A model generated the notes under the pieces. The model was not told the DNA's origin. It worked only from the letters and a program-made list of their open reading frames with translations, and did no database searches. A stretch of DNA of 64,000 bases, from the NCBI GenBank assembly GCA_038087875.1, contig CM075992.1, positions 498,001-562,000 of the forward strand, written 5' to 3'. The DNA comes from Malacoraja senta. Taxonomy: Eukaryota. Of this stretch, positions 12,823-26,000 are shown in pieces. Position numbers and translations under genes: made by a program. How positions within the stretch are numbered: the first letter of the stretch is position 1; each line of letters opens with the position of its first letter.

Positions 12823-13672
12823 TGGGACGGGGTCAGGGTGGGGGCGGGGACAGTGTGGGGGCGGGGTCAGTGTGGGGGCGGGGACAGCGTGGGGGCGGGG
12901 TCAGTGTGGGGGCGGGGACAGTGTGGGGGCGGGGTCAGTGTGGGGGCGGGGACAGCGTGGGGGCGGGGTCAGTGTGGGGGCGGGGTCAGTGTGGGGGCGG
13001 GGACAGCGTGGGGGCGGGGACAGTGTGGGGGCGGGGTCAGTGTGGGGGCGGGGACAGCGTGGGGGCGGGGTCAGTGTGGGGGCGGGGCCAGTGTGGGGCG
13101 GGGTCAGCGTGGGGGCGGGGACAGCGTGGGGGCGGGGTCAGTGTGGGGGCGGGGACAGCGTGGGGGCGGGGTCAGTGTGGGGGCGGGGTCAGTGTGGGGG
13201 CGGGGACAGCGTGGGGGCGGGGTCAGTGTGGGGGCGGGGCCAGTGTGGGGGCGGGGTCAGCGCGGGGGCGGGGACAGTGTGGGGGCGGGGACAGCGTGGG
13301 GGCGGGGTCAGTGTGGGGGCGGGGACAGCGTGGGGCGGGGTCAGTGTGGGGCGGGGACAGCGTGGGGGCGGGGTCAGTGTGGGGGTCGGGGCGGGGTCAA
13401 CATGGGGGCGGGGCCAGTTTGGGGCGGGGTCAGCGTGGGGCGGGATCAGCACGGGGGCGGGGTCAGCGCGGGGGCGGGGTCAGCGCGGGGGCGGGGACAG
13501 TGTGGGGGCGGGGCCAGCGCGGGGGTCGGGGCGGGGTCAACATGGGGGGCGGGGCCAGTGTGGGGCGGGGTCAGCGTGGGGCGGGGTCAGCGCGGGGGCG
13601 GGGTCAGCGCGGGGGCGGGGTCAGCGTGGGGCGGGGTCAGTGCGGGGGCGGGGTCAGTGCGGGGCCGGGGAC
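12823..13672 (+). repeat. G-rich minisatellite of GC boxes, ~17-nt unit GGGGGCGGGG(T/A)CAG(T/C)GT
   Basis: Directly visible tandem array; gives the spurious Gly-rich ORFs in all three + frames. Confidence 0.95.
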
Positions 13673-13849
13673 AGAGGGAGAAGAGAGGAAGAGGAAAAAA
13701 GGAAGAGGGGAAGAGTAAGAGAAGAAGTGGAGAGTGGAGAAGAGTAGGGGAAGGAAGAGAGAGAGAGAAAGAAGAGAGAGAAGAGGAGAAGGAGGAGCAG
13801 AGGGAGTGAAGGAGTGAAGGAGAAGAAGGAGGAGGAGGAAGATAAGTCT

Positions 13850-14060
13850 CTGTGACCGGCCGGTGGTGGTGGTGGCGGCCATGCCCGACATGGCGCTGAA
13901 GGCCGACGTGGTGTTTGTGAGTAGCGCGGCCGCGGGTTGGCGCCTCCCCGGCAGCGGCAGCGGCAGCGGCACCGACAGCCCGTGGTCGCGGGTAGGCCGC
14001 GGCTGAAGCCTCGGGCTCGAGTTACCGTCCGGCCGGGTGCTGCCCCCCCGGGGCCGCACA
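13850..14060. promoter_or_regulatory. CpG-rich island over XAB2 exon 1
   Basis: High GC and CpG density around ATG 13881. Confidence 0.7.
13881..13916 (+). CDS. XAB2: XAB2 exon 1 (MPDMALKADVVF)
   Basis: GCGGCCATG in CpG-rich region; donor TTT|GTGAGT; phase 0. Confidence 0.85.
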
Positions 14061-17000
14061 TATCCCCCCAAACCTGTCCTATCCATGTACCTGTCTAATG
14101 TTGGGATAGTCCCAGCCTCAACTACCTCCTCCGGCAGCTTGTTCCGTTCACCCACCACCCTCTGTGTGGAGAAGTTATCCCTTTAAATCTTTTCCCCTTC
14201 ACCTTGAACCTGTGTCCTCTGGTCCTCCATTCCCCTACTCTGGGCAAGAGACTCTGTGCATCTGAAATGTTTAGGAAGGAACTGCAGATGCTGGATTAAG
14301 CCGAAGCTAGACACAAAGTGCTGGAGTAACTCAGCTGGTCAGGCAGCATCTATGGAGAACAGGAATAGGCGATGTTTCAGGTCGAGACCCTTCTTCAGAC
14401 TGATGTCCTGAACTCCTTCAGTCTGAAGAAGGGTCTCGACCCGAAATATCACCTATTCCTTTTCTCCAGAGATGCTGCCTGTCCCGCTGAGTTACTCCAG
14501 CTTTTTGTGTCTTATCTTCTGTGCATCTATCTGATCTATTCCTCTCGTGATTTTATACAACTCTGTACGATCGCCTCTAATCTTCATGCACTCCAAGGAA
14601 TAGTCCCAGCCTACTCAACCTCTCCCTATAGCTCAGACCCTGTCGTCCTGGCAACATCCTTGTAAATCTTCTCTGTACCCTTTCCAGCTTAATAACATCT
14701 TTCCTATAATATGGTGCCCAGAACTGAACACAATACTCTAAAGGCAGAAGCTAGACACAAAGAGCTGAAGTAACTCAGCGGGTCAGGCAGCATCTCTGGA
14801 GAACAGGAATAGGCGATGTTTCAGGTCAAGACCCTTCTTCTCAGCCCAAAACGTCACCTGTTCCTTCTCTCCAGGGTTGCTGTCTGTCCTGCAGTTACTC
14901 CAGCATTTTGTGTCTATTTTCGGTTTAAACCAGCATCTGCAGTTCCTTCCTACACACTAAATGCAGCCTCACCTGTTACGTCTTATACAATTGCAACATG
15001 ACCTCCCAACTTCTATACTCAATCCTCTGACTGATGACATTCACTCACCTGAACCTGTATTCCACAGGAAGAAGATGATCTGCCGTATGAAGAAGAGATT
15101 ATTCGCAACCCTTACTCCGTCAAATGTTGGATCCGTTACATAGAGTTCAAACACACTGCTCCNNNNNNNNNNNNNNNNNNNNNNNNNNNNNNNNNNNNNN
15201 NNNNNNNNNNNNNNNNNNNNNNNNNNNNNNNNNNNNNNNNNNNNNNNNNNNNNNNNNNNNNNNNNNNNNNNNNNNNNNNNNNNNNNNNNNNNNNNNNNNN
15301 NNNNNNNNNNNNNNNNNNNNNNNNNNNNNNNNNNNNNNNNNNNNNNNNNNNNNNNNNNNNNNAGGTCACAGGGAGAACGTACAGACTCCGTACCTACAGC
15401 ACCCGTAGTCAGGATTGAACCCTGGTCTCTGGAACTGTAAGGCAGCAGGTGCGCCACTGTAAAAGTAACTAATCTGAAGAAGGGACCTGACCCGAAACGT
15501 CACTCATCCATGTTCTCCAGAGATGCTGCCTGACCCGCTGAGTTACTCCAGCACTTTGTGTCTTTTTTTGTAAACCACCAATTAAAAAAAATTAAATTTG
15601 CTGCCTGCGGCCGGGGCTTTGGTACTCCGGCCCAGCCGGCAGAACCGTTCCCATGGCCGAATTCTGCCGCCGTCTTTGTGGGACAGTATCTCGGCCCCCC
15701 AGCAGCCTAGGCAGACCGTTCCAGTACCGTTTAGTTTCATTTAGAGATACAGGGCGAAAACAGGCCCTTCAGCCGCACTGACCCACGGTCCCCACACATT
15801 AACAATATCCTACACACACTAGGGACAATTTACATTTATACCAAGCACATTAACCTACAAACCTGTACGTCTTTGAAATGTGGGAGGAAACCGACTATCT
15901 CGGAGAACGTACAATCTCCGTACAGACAGCACCAGTAGTCAGGATTGAACCCGTGTCTCTGGCACTGTAATGCAACAACTCTACCGCTGTGCCACCGAGG
16001 CCACGATTGTGCGGGAAAATCGGTGGTGGACCTGTAGTAATAAACTGCACGATGTTAATTCTGTTTATTCTTTCCCAGTTACAAGCTGTGGTACAATTAC
16101 CTGAAGCAACGACGGAAACAGGTGAAGGGGAAGTGCATCACAGACCCTGGGTATGAGGAGATTAACAACTGTCATGAGCGAGCCCTGGTTTTCATGCACA
16201 AGGTATTTATGTTTGCCTTGCACCAAACAGCAGTACGCTACTATTTTGTGTCGTCAGTTGTTGTTAATAAGTGAAACTAGTGAAGTGATGTGCAGAGAGT
16301 TCCCCAGCTGATGAAATTAATCTGTTGTCCTGCTGCTAGTTGGTCATGTTTGTATCTCTGGAGAGAAGGAATGGGTGACGTTTCGGGTCGAGACCCTTCA
16401 GACTGAAGAGTTACTCCAGCCTTTTGTGTCCATCTTTGGTTTAAACCAGCATCTGCAGTTCCTTCCTTCACAGTTGGTCATGTTTATTAACGCAGCTGAT
16501 CGGCATGTAGAAGGGCGTTCAGAGTGATACAGCTCAGAGACATGCCCTTCACACACCGAGTCTGTGCCCACCATAAAACACCCATCTTATCCCCCCCACA
16601 TTCCCATCAACTCCCCAAGATCCCACCACACACCTGCACACTAGTGGCAATTTACAGTGACCAATTCACTTGCCAAGCATGGGTGGCAACTCTTCAGAAT
16701 GTTATTGGATGCGTTAGCAATCTAGATGTGTTGAGAGAGTCAACACTTAATCAGTTTTTTTGTTTAAATAAAGACACAGAGTGCTGGAGTAACTCAGCGG
16801 GTCAGGCAGCATCTGTGGAGAACATGGATAGGTGACGTTTCACAGAGTGCTGGAGTAACTCAGCGGGTCAGGCAGCATCTGTGGAGAACATGGATAGGTG
16901 ACGTTTCACAGAGTGCTGGAGTAACTCAGCGGGTCAGGCAGCATCTCTGGAGAACGTGGATAGGTGACGTTTGGGATCAGTAATTGATTAGGGGTCGGAC

Positions 17001-20000
17001 TTGATTCAGACTGAAGGGTCCGGATCCGAAACGTCACCTATCCATGTTCTCCACAGATGCTGCCTGACCCGCTGAGTTACTCCAGCACTCTGTGAAACGT
17101 CACCTATCCATGTTCCCCACAGATGCTGCCTGACCCGCTGAGTTACTCCAGTACTTTGTCTCCATTGTTTTGTAAACGAGCACCAGCAGTTCTTTGTTTC
17201 TACAGTTTCTGTGTTTATTTCCTTTCTCTGTCAGATGCCGCGAATTTGGCTGGACTACTGTCAGTTCCAGGTGGACCAGTGCAAGATAACGAGGACACGA
17301 CGTACCTTTGACCGTGCGCTGCGGGCTCTCCCCGTCACTCAGCACTACCGCATCTGGCCCATGTACCTGAAGTTTGTGCGACAGTTCCCCGTGTCCGAGA
17401 CTGCCATCCGCGTCTACAGGCGCTATTTAAAGGTACGTGCATCTGTTGGAGCCTTGTGAGTAGAGAGACATAGAGCCATACTGCATGGAAACAGGCCGTT
17501 CAGCCCACCTTGCCCATGCTGGGGGAGCAGCTTAGTGGTTCCACTCATCAGTTGACCTTGGTTCATTGTTAGCTGAGGGGAAGGTGACAATGAGGCCCGT
17601 GTACGTGTATCGAAGGTACAGTGAAAAGCTTTTTGTTGCGTGCTAGCCAGTCAGCGGAAAGACAATACAGGATTACAACCGAGCCATCCACAGTGTACAG
17701 ATACAGGATAATGTGACTAACAAACGCAGTGAGGATTCATGAATACTGTGATTACTTATAACCAGGAATATCCCTGGTAGGTTGAGACCAATAGGTTAAG
17801 GTGGGATTTAGAAGCAGATTACACTGCTTTGTACTGTGTGTTGGTGTGGGCAGGTTAGGCCATACTCATTTGTCAGTTACAGCCCCTGTAGTCCTTCTGA
17901 TTTTTATAAAGCAACTTCATTGCTTGAATACAATACTAGCAGATGATATAGGTTAGCAGCTTGTTAATCAACACAAAATACTGAAGAAGGGTCTCGACCC
18001 GAAACGTCACCCATTCCTTCTCTCCAGAGATGCTACGTGTCTCGCTGAGTTACTCCAGCATTTTGTGTCTATCTTCGGTGTAAACCAGCATCTGCAGTTC
18101 CTTCCTACACATTAGCAGTCTGTTAGCGAGGTTACAGAATCAATAGTTCCTTCTTTCCTATTTCCCGGGGAAAATTCTATCTTCACATTGTTAAAAAAAC
18201 ATTTAATATTTGCAGCTGTCCCCTGAAAATGCAGAGGAATACATTGAGTACCTGCGCTCCATCGACCGGCTGGACGAGGCTGCTGTCCGGCTTGCTGCCG
18301 TTGTCAACGATGAATTGTTTATCTCCAAGGAAGGGAGATCGAATTATCAAGTAAGTCCATTTCCCATTGGGCTGCTTTTGTTTGAGGAAGGAGCAGACCC
18401 AAGGTCCACTGAGAGTAAACTCTGGAACCTTGTTTCATGATGCACTGATGCCTCGCCTTATTGCACAGCCTTCTTCCTTTTAGAAGTGCTTTGAATATTG
18501 AATGTATAATTTGATTTTGTGTGTTGTCTCAGTTCCTGTGCCTGCAAGCAAGATAGTCAATGTACTCGTGCATCTGACTATAAACTCGACTTGACGAAAA
18601 AAGTCAATATTAGAATCAATTTGCATGTGGGTAGGTTAAAAACTTGTCCAAAATATTCTGTTTCGACACTATCAGCCACTTTCCATGTTTGGTTAAGTCA
18701 GTCCTTGGTGACCACTTTCACAAAAGCATCACCAAACAGGCCTTTTGGCCCAACTTGTCCAGACCGAGCAAGTTGCTTGCTGGGCATGTCCCATGCAAAG
18801 CAGCATAATCTGCTTTAAACTGTCAGCTTTCTCCCCTTACTCCAAACAGTCTGAAGAAGGGTCCCGACCCGAACGTTGCCTGTCCATTCCCTCCCCAGAT
18901 TCTCAGCTGTTTAGGATTGTTTGGGATATGTATTGTCCTTTATTGCAGGTTAATTCTCGGGATGGCGGGACTGACATATGATGAAAGAATGGATCGACTG
19001 GGTTTGTTTTCACTGGAATTTAGAAGGATGAGAGGGAATCTTGGAGAAACATATAAAATTATTAAGGGATTGGACAGGCTAGATGCAGGAAACATGTTCC
19101 CGATGTCGGGGGAGTTCGGAACCAGGGGTCGCAGTTTAAGAATAAGGGCAGGCCATTTAGGACTTAGAGGAAGAAAAAGTTTTTCACCCAGAGAGTTGTG
19201 ATTCTGTGGAATTCTCTGACACAGAAGGCAGTGGAGGCCAATTCACTGGATGTATTCAAGGGAGAGTTAGATTTAGCTCTTAGGGCTAACGGAATCGAGG
19301 GATATGGAGAAAAAAGCAAGAACGGGGTACTGATTTTGGATGATCAACAATGATCATATTGAATGGCGGTGCTGGCTCGAAGGGCCGAATGGCCGAATCC
19401 TGCACCTATTTACTATGTTTCTAATGTGGCCACGTGGAAAGGCTTTGTGGGAGAGCATAGGAAATCTGTTTGCTTCATTGGAGTGAAAAGTGATAAGGCA
19501 TTTGTTTTTCCACAGCTGTGGCACGAACTCTGCCATCTCATCTCAACCAACCCAGACAAGGTGAAGTCCCTGAATGTTGGCGCTATTATCCGTGGCGGCC
19601 TCACACGCTTCACTGACCAACTGGGGAAGCTCTGGTGTTCCTTAGCCGACTACTACATTCGAAGTGGCCATTTCGAGAAGGTACGTGTTCCTTGTTGAGC
19701 AAGATATCATTTTTAAACAGTTAACACATTATAGAACCATCTTCAACAACAATTTCATTTCTTGTGATTTTTTTTTTTTTTTCTTTAAGTTTAATTACAT
19801 AATTTGTGTAATGTCAAGTTGTTCAAGCCTGGCATTATTCCCGAATCGTGAGTTATTTACACAAGCAGGGAATTAACAACCTGATGCAAAGCTTGCCATC
19901 CCAAGATAGCCCGTTGGTTAAACCCTGCAATTAAGAGTTTTTGTCCCTCTTCATAGATCTCAGTTAAGGGCCTGTCCCACTTGGCGATTTTTTTTTTCAG

Positions 20001-23000
20001 CAACTGCCGGCGTCATATCAGTGTTGCCAAAAGATTTTGAACATTTCAAAATCCAGCGGCGACAAAAAAAATGTAGCGACACTTGAAAAAAATACCGCGC
20101 GTCATACGTCATCACGCCGCAATTTTTAAGTGACCTGATACGTCAGTCAATGATGCCGGCAGTCACCGAAAAAAATCGCCAAGTGGGACAGGCCCTTAAT
20201 GCTTCCAATGATCCATTGGACAGCCTGACAACCTGTTAAAGAGTCATACAGTCTGATGAAGGGTCTGGACCCGAAACGTCTCCCATTCCTTCTCTCCAGA
20301 GATGCTGCCTGTCCCGCTGAGTTACTCCAGCATTTTTGTGTCTACCTTCGATTTAAACCAGCGTCTGCAGTTCTTTCCCACACATAGAGTCATACAGCTC
20401 GGAGACGGGCCCTCCGGCCCACCTTGCCCATGCTTCCCAAGATGCCCCATCCACGCTAGTCCCACCTGCTCATGTTTTAGTGTTTGAGTCCTGTGTCTGC
20501 ATTCATACCGGCCCCTCTTTTCAACGCTGGTTGTGTGCACGTGGCCTTATTTCTTGCTCGTCTTTAGAGATGCAGCGCGGAAACAGGCCCTTTGGCCCAC
20601 GGAGTCGGCACCGAGCAACGAACCCTCTGTGCACCAGCACTATCCAACGCACACACTAGGGACAGGTCACAATTTTACCAATGCCAATTCACCTACAAAC
20701 CTGTACGTCTTTGGAGTGTGGGAGGAAACCGGAGCACCAGGAGAAAACCCACGTGGTCACAGGGAGAGCAGACAAACTCTGTACAGACAGCACCCATAGT
20801 CAGCGCCCATGGTCTGAAGAAGGGTTTCGGCCCGAAACGTTGCCTATTTCCTTCGCTCCATAGATGCTGCTGCACCCGTTGAGTTTCTCCAGCACTTTTG
20901 TCTACCTTCGATTTTCCAGCATCTGCAGTTCCTTCTTAAACACCCATAGTCAGGATTGAACCCTGGTCTCTGACACTGTGAGGCACCACTCTACCGCTGT
21001 GCCACCATGCCGCCCTGGCATCATCTTGGTCATGGGCACCTCCATGTCTTTACCTTTATTGCGTTGACTGCAGATAAAATGGAGGTGTTTGTGTTGTCTT
21101 TAGGCCAGAGATGTGTACGAGGAGGCGATTCAGACAGTGATGACAGTCCGCGACTTCACCCAGGTGTTTGACAGCTACGCCCAGTTTGAAGAGAGCATGA
21201 TCGCAGCTAAAATGGAAACGACGGCAGAAATGGGACAAACTCAGGAAGGTGAGGTGGATTCTTGTGTATTTTTCCACATAAGATATTTCTGATATCAAGG
21301 GATATGGGGAGAAAGCAGAAATGGGGTACTGATTTTGGATGACCAGCCATGATCATGTTAAATGGCGGTGCTGGCTCGAAGGGCCGAATGGCCTACTCCT
21401 GCATCTATTTTTCTATGTTTCTGTCTGTTGAGAGTGCATGCAGGCAATGTCATGTGGTAATCCATGCCTCCAGAGTCACCAAGCAGGATATTGATTTCTT
21501 TAATTTACCTTTTATTGAGCTGGAAACTCAAAACAGGAGAATGAATGCTAACTGTGTTTCCTTTCCCTTTTTTAATAGCTCAGGAAATTGAAGCTGTTAG
21601 AGTAATGGGATGAGTTAGTGTCCTTCACTTCACTATGCCTCCATGATAGAGCTGCCCAGTCAATCTCACTCCTTGCTTTTTTCCAGTCAACTGCATTTTT
21701 TTCCCCTTTATAGTTATTTTCAAAACCTCTTTCAGATTGACTTATATGACGCAACGGTGATCGGGCTGATCTCCAATGGCGATGAATCAGCCTACAGAGC
21801 GGAGGTGCAGAACCTGGCGAGCTAGTGCTGAATCTGTGGAATTCATTGCCACAAAAGGCTGTGGAGGCCAAATGAATGGATATTTTTAAGGCAGAGATAG
21901 ACAGATTCTTGATTAGTACGGGTGTTAGAGGTTACGGGGAGAAGGCAGGAGAATGGGGTTAGGAGGGAGAGATGATTGAATGGGGTTAGGAGGGAGAGAT
22001 GATTGAATGGCGGAGTAGACTTGATGGGGCAAAGGACCTAATTCTGGTCAGAGAACTTATGAACAATGAGGTTTTCATAAGATGTGATTCGTATTTCGAC
22101 CTGTGCTTTGGTTCATACAGATGATATCGACCTGGAGTTGAGATTGGCGCGGTTTGAGCAGCTGATAACGAGGCGCCCCCTGCTCTTAAACAGCGTCCTC
22201 CTGCGCCAGAACCCCTACAATGTGCACGAGTGGCACAAGCGGGTGAAACTGTACGAAGGGAAACCACGAGAGGTGAGCAATGCTTCCCACATCACAGTGC
22301 AGACCATGGCGCAGCGGGTAGAGCAGCTGCCTCACCGTGCCAGGTACCCGGGTTCCATCCTGACTACGGGTGCTGTCTGTACGCAGTTTGCACCTTCTCC
22401 CCGTGACCACGTGGGTTTTCTCCGGGTGCTCCGGTTTCCTCCCACACTCCAAAGACGTACAGGTTTGTAGGTTAATTGGCTTTGGTAAAGATTGTAAATT
22501 GTCCGTAGTGTGTAGGACAGTGTTGGTGTACGGGGTGATCGATGGTCGGGTCTATTTCCGTGCTGTATCTTTAAACTAAACTAAATTAAACGTTATCCTG
22601 AAACCAGTGATCTTCAGTACAACATGAAAAACAGCACGTTAAAATATTTCTCCTTTAGACACATGACAAACCCATTACCTTTACCGTTTCCCCAGCTGTT
22701 TCCTTCCATTCTTCTCAATGTTAAACCACTTTACCTGCCTGTATATCTCTCATACCTGATGTTGGTGTGGTATTGTCACCTGTACTGAGATACAATACTA
22801 TCCAGCCATGTCTTGCCCAATACGGGGGCCATAGGTAGTGTAAAAGTGAAAAAGAAACTGTGCAGAATATAGTGTTGTAGCTTTAGCAAAAATGCAATTA
22901 GAAAAAAGTGCTAGAGTGGTAATGGGGCAGATTGGAAGATCAGGAAACCATCCACAGGATATGAAATATTCATTCAGGAGTCTGATACAAGCTGGGATGA

Positions 23001-26000
23001 AGCTGTTCTTGAATATTGTGGTGGGCATGTTCTAGGTTTCATATCTCCAGGAGAGGGGAGAATAAATAATGCCTGGTGTGTGAGTGGTCCTTGATTATGT
23101 TGGCTGCTTTTTCAGAGCTGTGTGTGTGTGGGGGGGGGGGGGGGGTTTGCTATTTAGCGTTCTCAAATCTCTGCATTTTCTTGCATCCTCAGCCAAAGCT
23201 TTTTCCAAACCAAGCTGTGATGCATCTGGATCAGATGCTTTCTATGGCACATCTATAGAAATTGGTAAGAGTTGGTTGGATACCACTGAGGAAGTGGTGG
23301 CACTGGTGTGGTTCCTTGGCCGTTAATGTTATGACATCGTGCTACTGCGCTTTCTGTCTCCATCCTGTTCTCCACCTCGTCATTGTTCCAGATCCAGCCC
23401 TTGTTTTATTTTTTATACATTGTAGATCATAAACACTTACACAGAAGCCGTGCAGACCATCGACCCGCTGAAGGCCACTGGGAAGCCACATTCATTATGG
23501 GTCTCCTTTGCAAAGTTTTACGAAGAAAACGGACAGATTCAGGACGTAAGTCGAAGCTTAGTTGTATCTCAAGTAAACTTTGGAGGAGCTGCATGAAGCT
23601 GTGGTTCAATACTGTCCTTTCATCAATGCTGGGAGATGTGAATAGTATGGGTGGGTGTCCACTGGTTGGCAGCAGTTGGGCCGAATGGCCTGTTTCCATG
23701 CTGAATAAGACGAGGATACCAATTTGTTGGAAGGAACTGCAGATGCTGGTTTACATCGAAGATAGACACAAAATGCTGGAGTAATTCGGCGGGACAGGCA
23801 GCATCTCCGATAAGATGGAATGGGTGACGTTTCGGGTCGAGACCCTTCTTCGGACTGAGAGTCAGGGGAGGGGGAGTCTAGGGACGTAGTCCCAATGAGA
23901 GTGATGGAGTCCTCTGGGCATGGGATACACTGTCAAACTGGCCTGATCCACAGTCTGACAGGGTTCAGCTGCCTGGAGAATGGGAGATGAGGTGGGAGTG
24001 AGGGGTGTGTATCTGAGAATCCTGAGCTGAAACCCTTGTCAGGACAGGGTGGAGAGAGCTTCACCCAACTTGGATGTATCGCCAGGAGCTGAATTGTTAA
24101 ATGGGAAGACTTTTATTTCTCAGCAATAATAAGCTTGTGATGGGCTAGGGTTTAAATGAATGGATGAAATATGGCAGTGGAGATATTCTAGCTTCCTCAG
24201 TTCAGACACGTTCTGTGAAGCTTGAACCATTGGAGTGGACATTTTGTTAGCCGAATATATGTCTGGTCACAGCTAGTAGATAAGGAACTGCAGATGCTGG
24301 TGTACTAAGGAAAGCCACAAAGTGCTGGAGTAACCCAGCAGGACAGGCAGCATCCCAGGATAACAGGGATAGATGATGTTTCAGTTTGGGACTCTTCTTC
24401 AGACCCTCACATTTACACGGATGATGCCTACACCCGCTAGGAGCTCCCATGACAAGAGTGACAACGTTTGTACAGACGGGCATTTTTCATTTTCTGTTTC
24501 AGGCCCGGACTATCTTTGAGAAAGCCACAAAAGTGAATTTCAAGCACGTGGATGAGTTGGCTGGAGTTTGGTGCGAGTACGGAGAAATGGAACTCAGGCA
24601 TGAAAACTACGAGGAGGCGCTCCGATTGCTCAGGGTACGTTCTCCTTTCTGTCTCTCCGTGGTTGTGTCCGATCTCGCTGGGGCTCTGCATGTAGACTCT
24701 GGCATTGCTGGAGCTATCAGGAGCATGACTACTCCAGCGTTGCAGTCACACCTGGCTCTTGCTGTGCTCATTCTGCGGGGCAGAGCGAGCGGTGAGCCAC
24801 AAGCAGCTGCAGGTGGCACAACCTGGCCTTTTGTGATGTCCATCTCACTGCCCAGCCTTGCCAGTGTCACCCCCTATCAGGCTCCTGACATTGTCATGTG
24901 TCCCAGATAGAACAATGACATTCTTACTTGCTGCAGCACAACAGAATATGTAATTATAATAAATAATATAACAAAAACTCAGAACAAAATAACATACAAT
25001 AACAGTGCAATAATAATAGTCTATTGTAGTTCACAGCTTATGAGGTTGTAGTGTTTAATAGCCTGATGGCTGTAGGGAAGAAACTGTTCCTGAACCTGGG
25101 CATTAATATGAACACTGCACACACCAACCTCAGCAACTGGTAGACAAAAATGCTGGAGGAACTCAGCAGGTTTCGGGTCCCGAAACGTCACCTATTCCTT
25201 CGCTCCATAGATGCCTCACCCGCTGAGTTTCTCCAGCATTTTTGTCTACCTTCGATTTTTCCAGCATCTGCAGTTCCTTCTTAAACCTCAGCAACTGTGT
25301 CTTCAGTGGTTTCTTTGTTGTCACGTGTAAAAGGTACAGTGAAATACCTTTTAAAAGGTACAGTGACTATCGCCGTACATAAGCACAATCCCTCTGGTTA
25401 GTACAGAATGGACACCACAGCCCACTGATGTGGCATTTTACAGACCCATTCCCAGATGGCCAGGGAGCCCACCGCAGCCGTCACCTCCATTCCAGGCACC
25501 AGATCGTGTCTCTGGCTGCATTACAGGCTGTTTTTTTTACTGTTATGGTTACCTGGTATTACACTAATTAACTTTTTGCATTTTTGATTATTATATATTT
25601 ATCTCTGTGTTCATACATTTAGGGGCCTGGTAAGCTGCAGCAAGTAGGAATTTAATCGTAATCTTGACTCTTTTCACTGTTTCTTAAACCCTCTTGACAC
25701 TTCCTCTGGCAGCTCGTTCCATATACCCCCCCCCCCCCCCCCCCTCCATGTACAGGGTTACCCCTCAGCTCCCTTTCAAATCTTTCCCCGCTCACCCTAA
25801 ACCTATGCCCTCTCGTGTTGGACTCCTCTACCTTGAGGTACACACTGTGCCGACTCACCTTATCGATGCCCAACATGATATACTATACCGCTGTAAGGTC
25901 ACCTCTTCGCCTCCTACACTCCAAGGGATAAAGCTCCTGTTCTCCAGCCTCTCCTAACTCAACCCCTCCACTCCCAGTAATGTCCTTGTAACACTTATTT

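Noticed and set aside
12503..13809. Long Gly-rich ORFs (414, 315 and 323 aa)
   Set aside because: Open in all three frames because the GC-box minisatellite lacks stops; the N-terminal part is antisense to the Penelope ORF.
15041..15457. ORFs spanning the N runs (also 39460-39830)
   Set aside because: Artefacts of translating assembly gaps.
16776..16972. CRISPR-like repeat array
   Set aside because: Head-to-tail units with no unique spacers, in a vertebrate intron.
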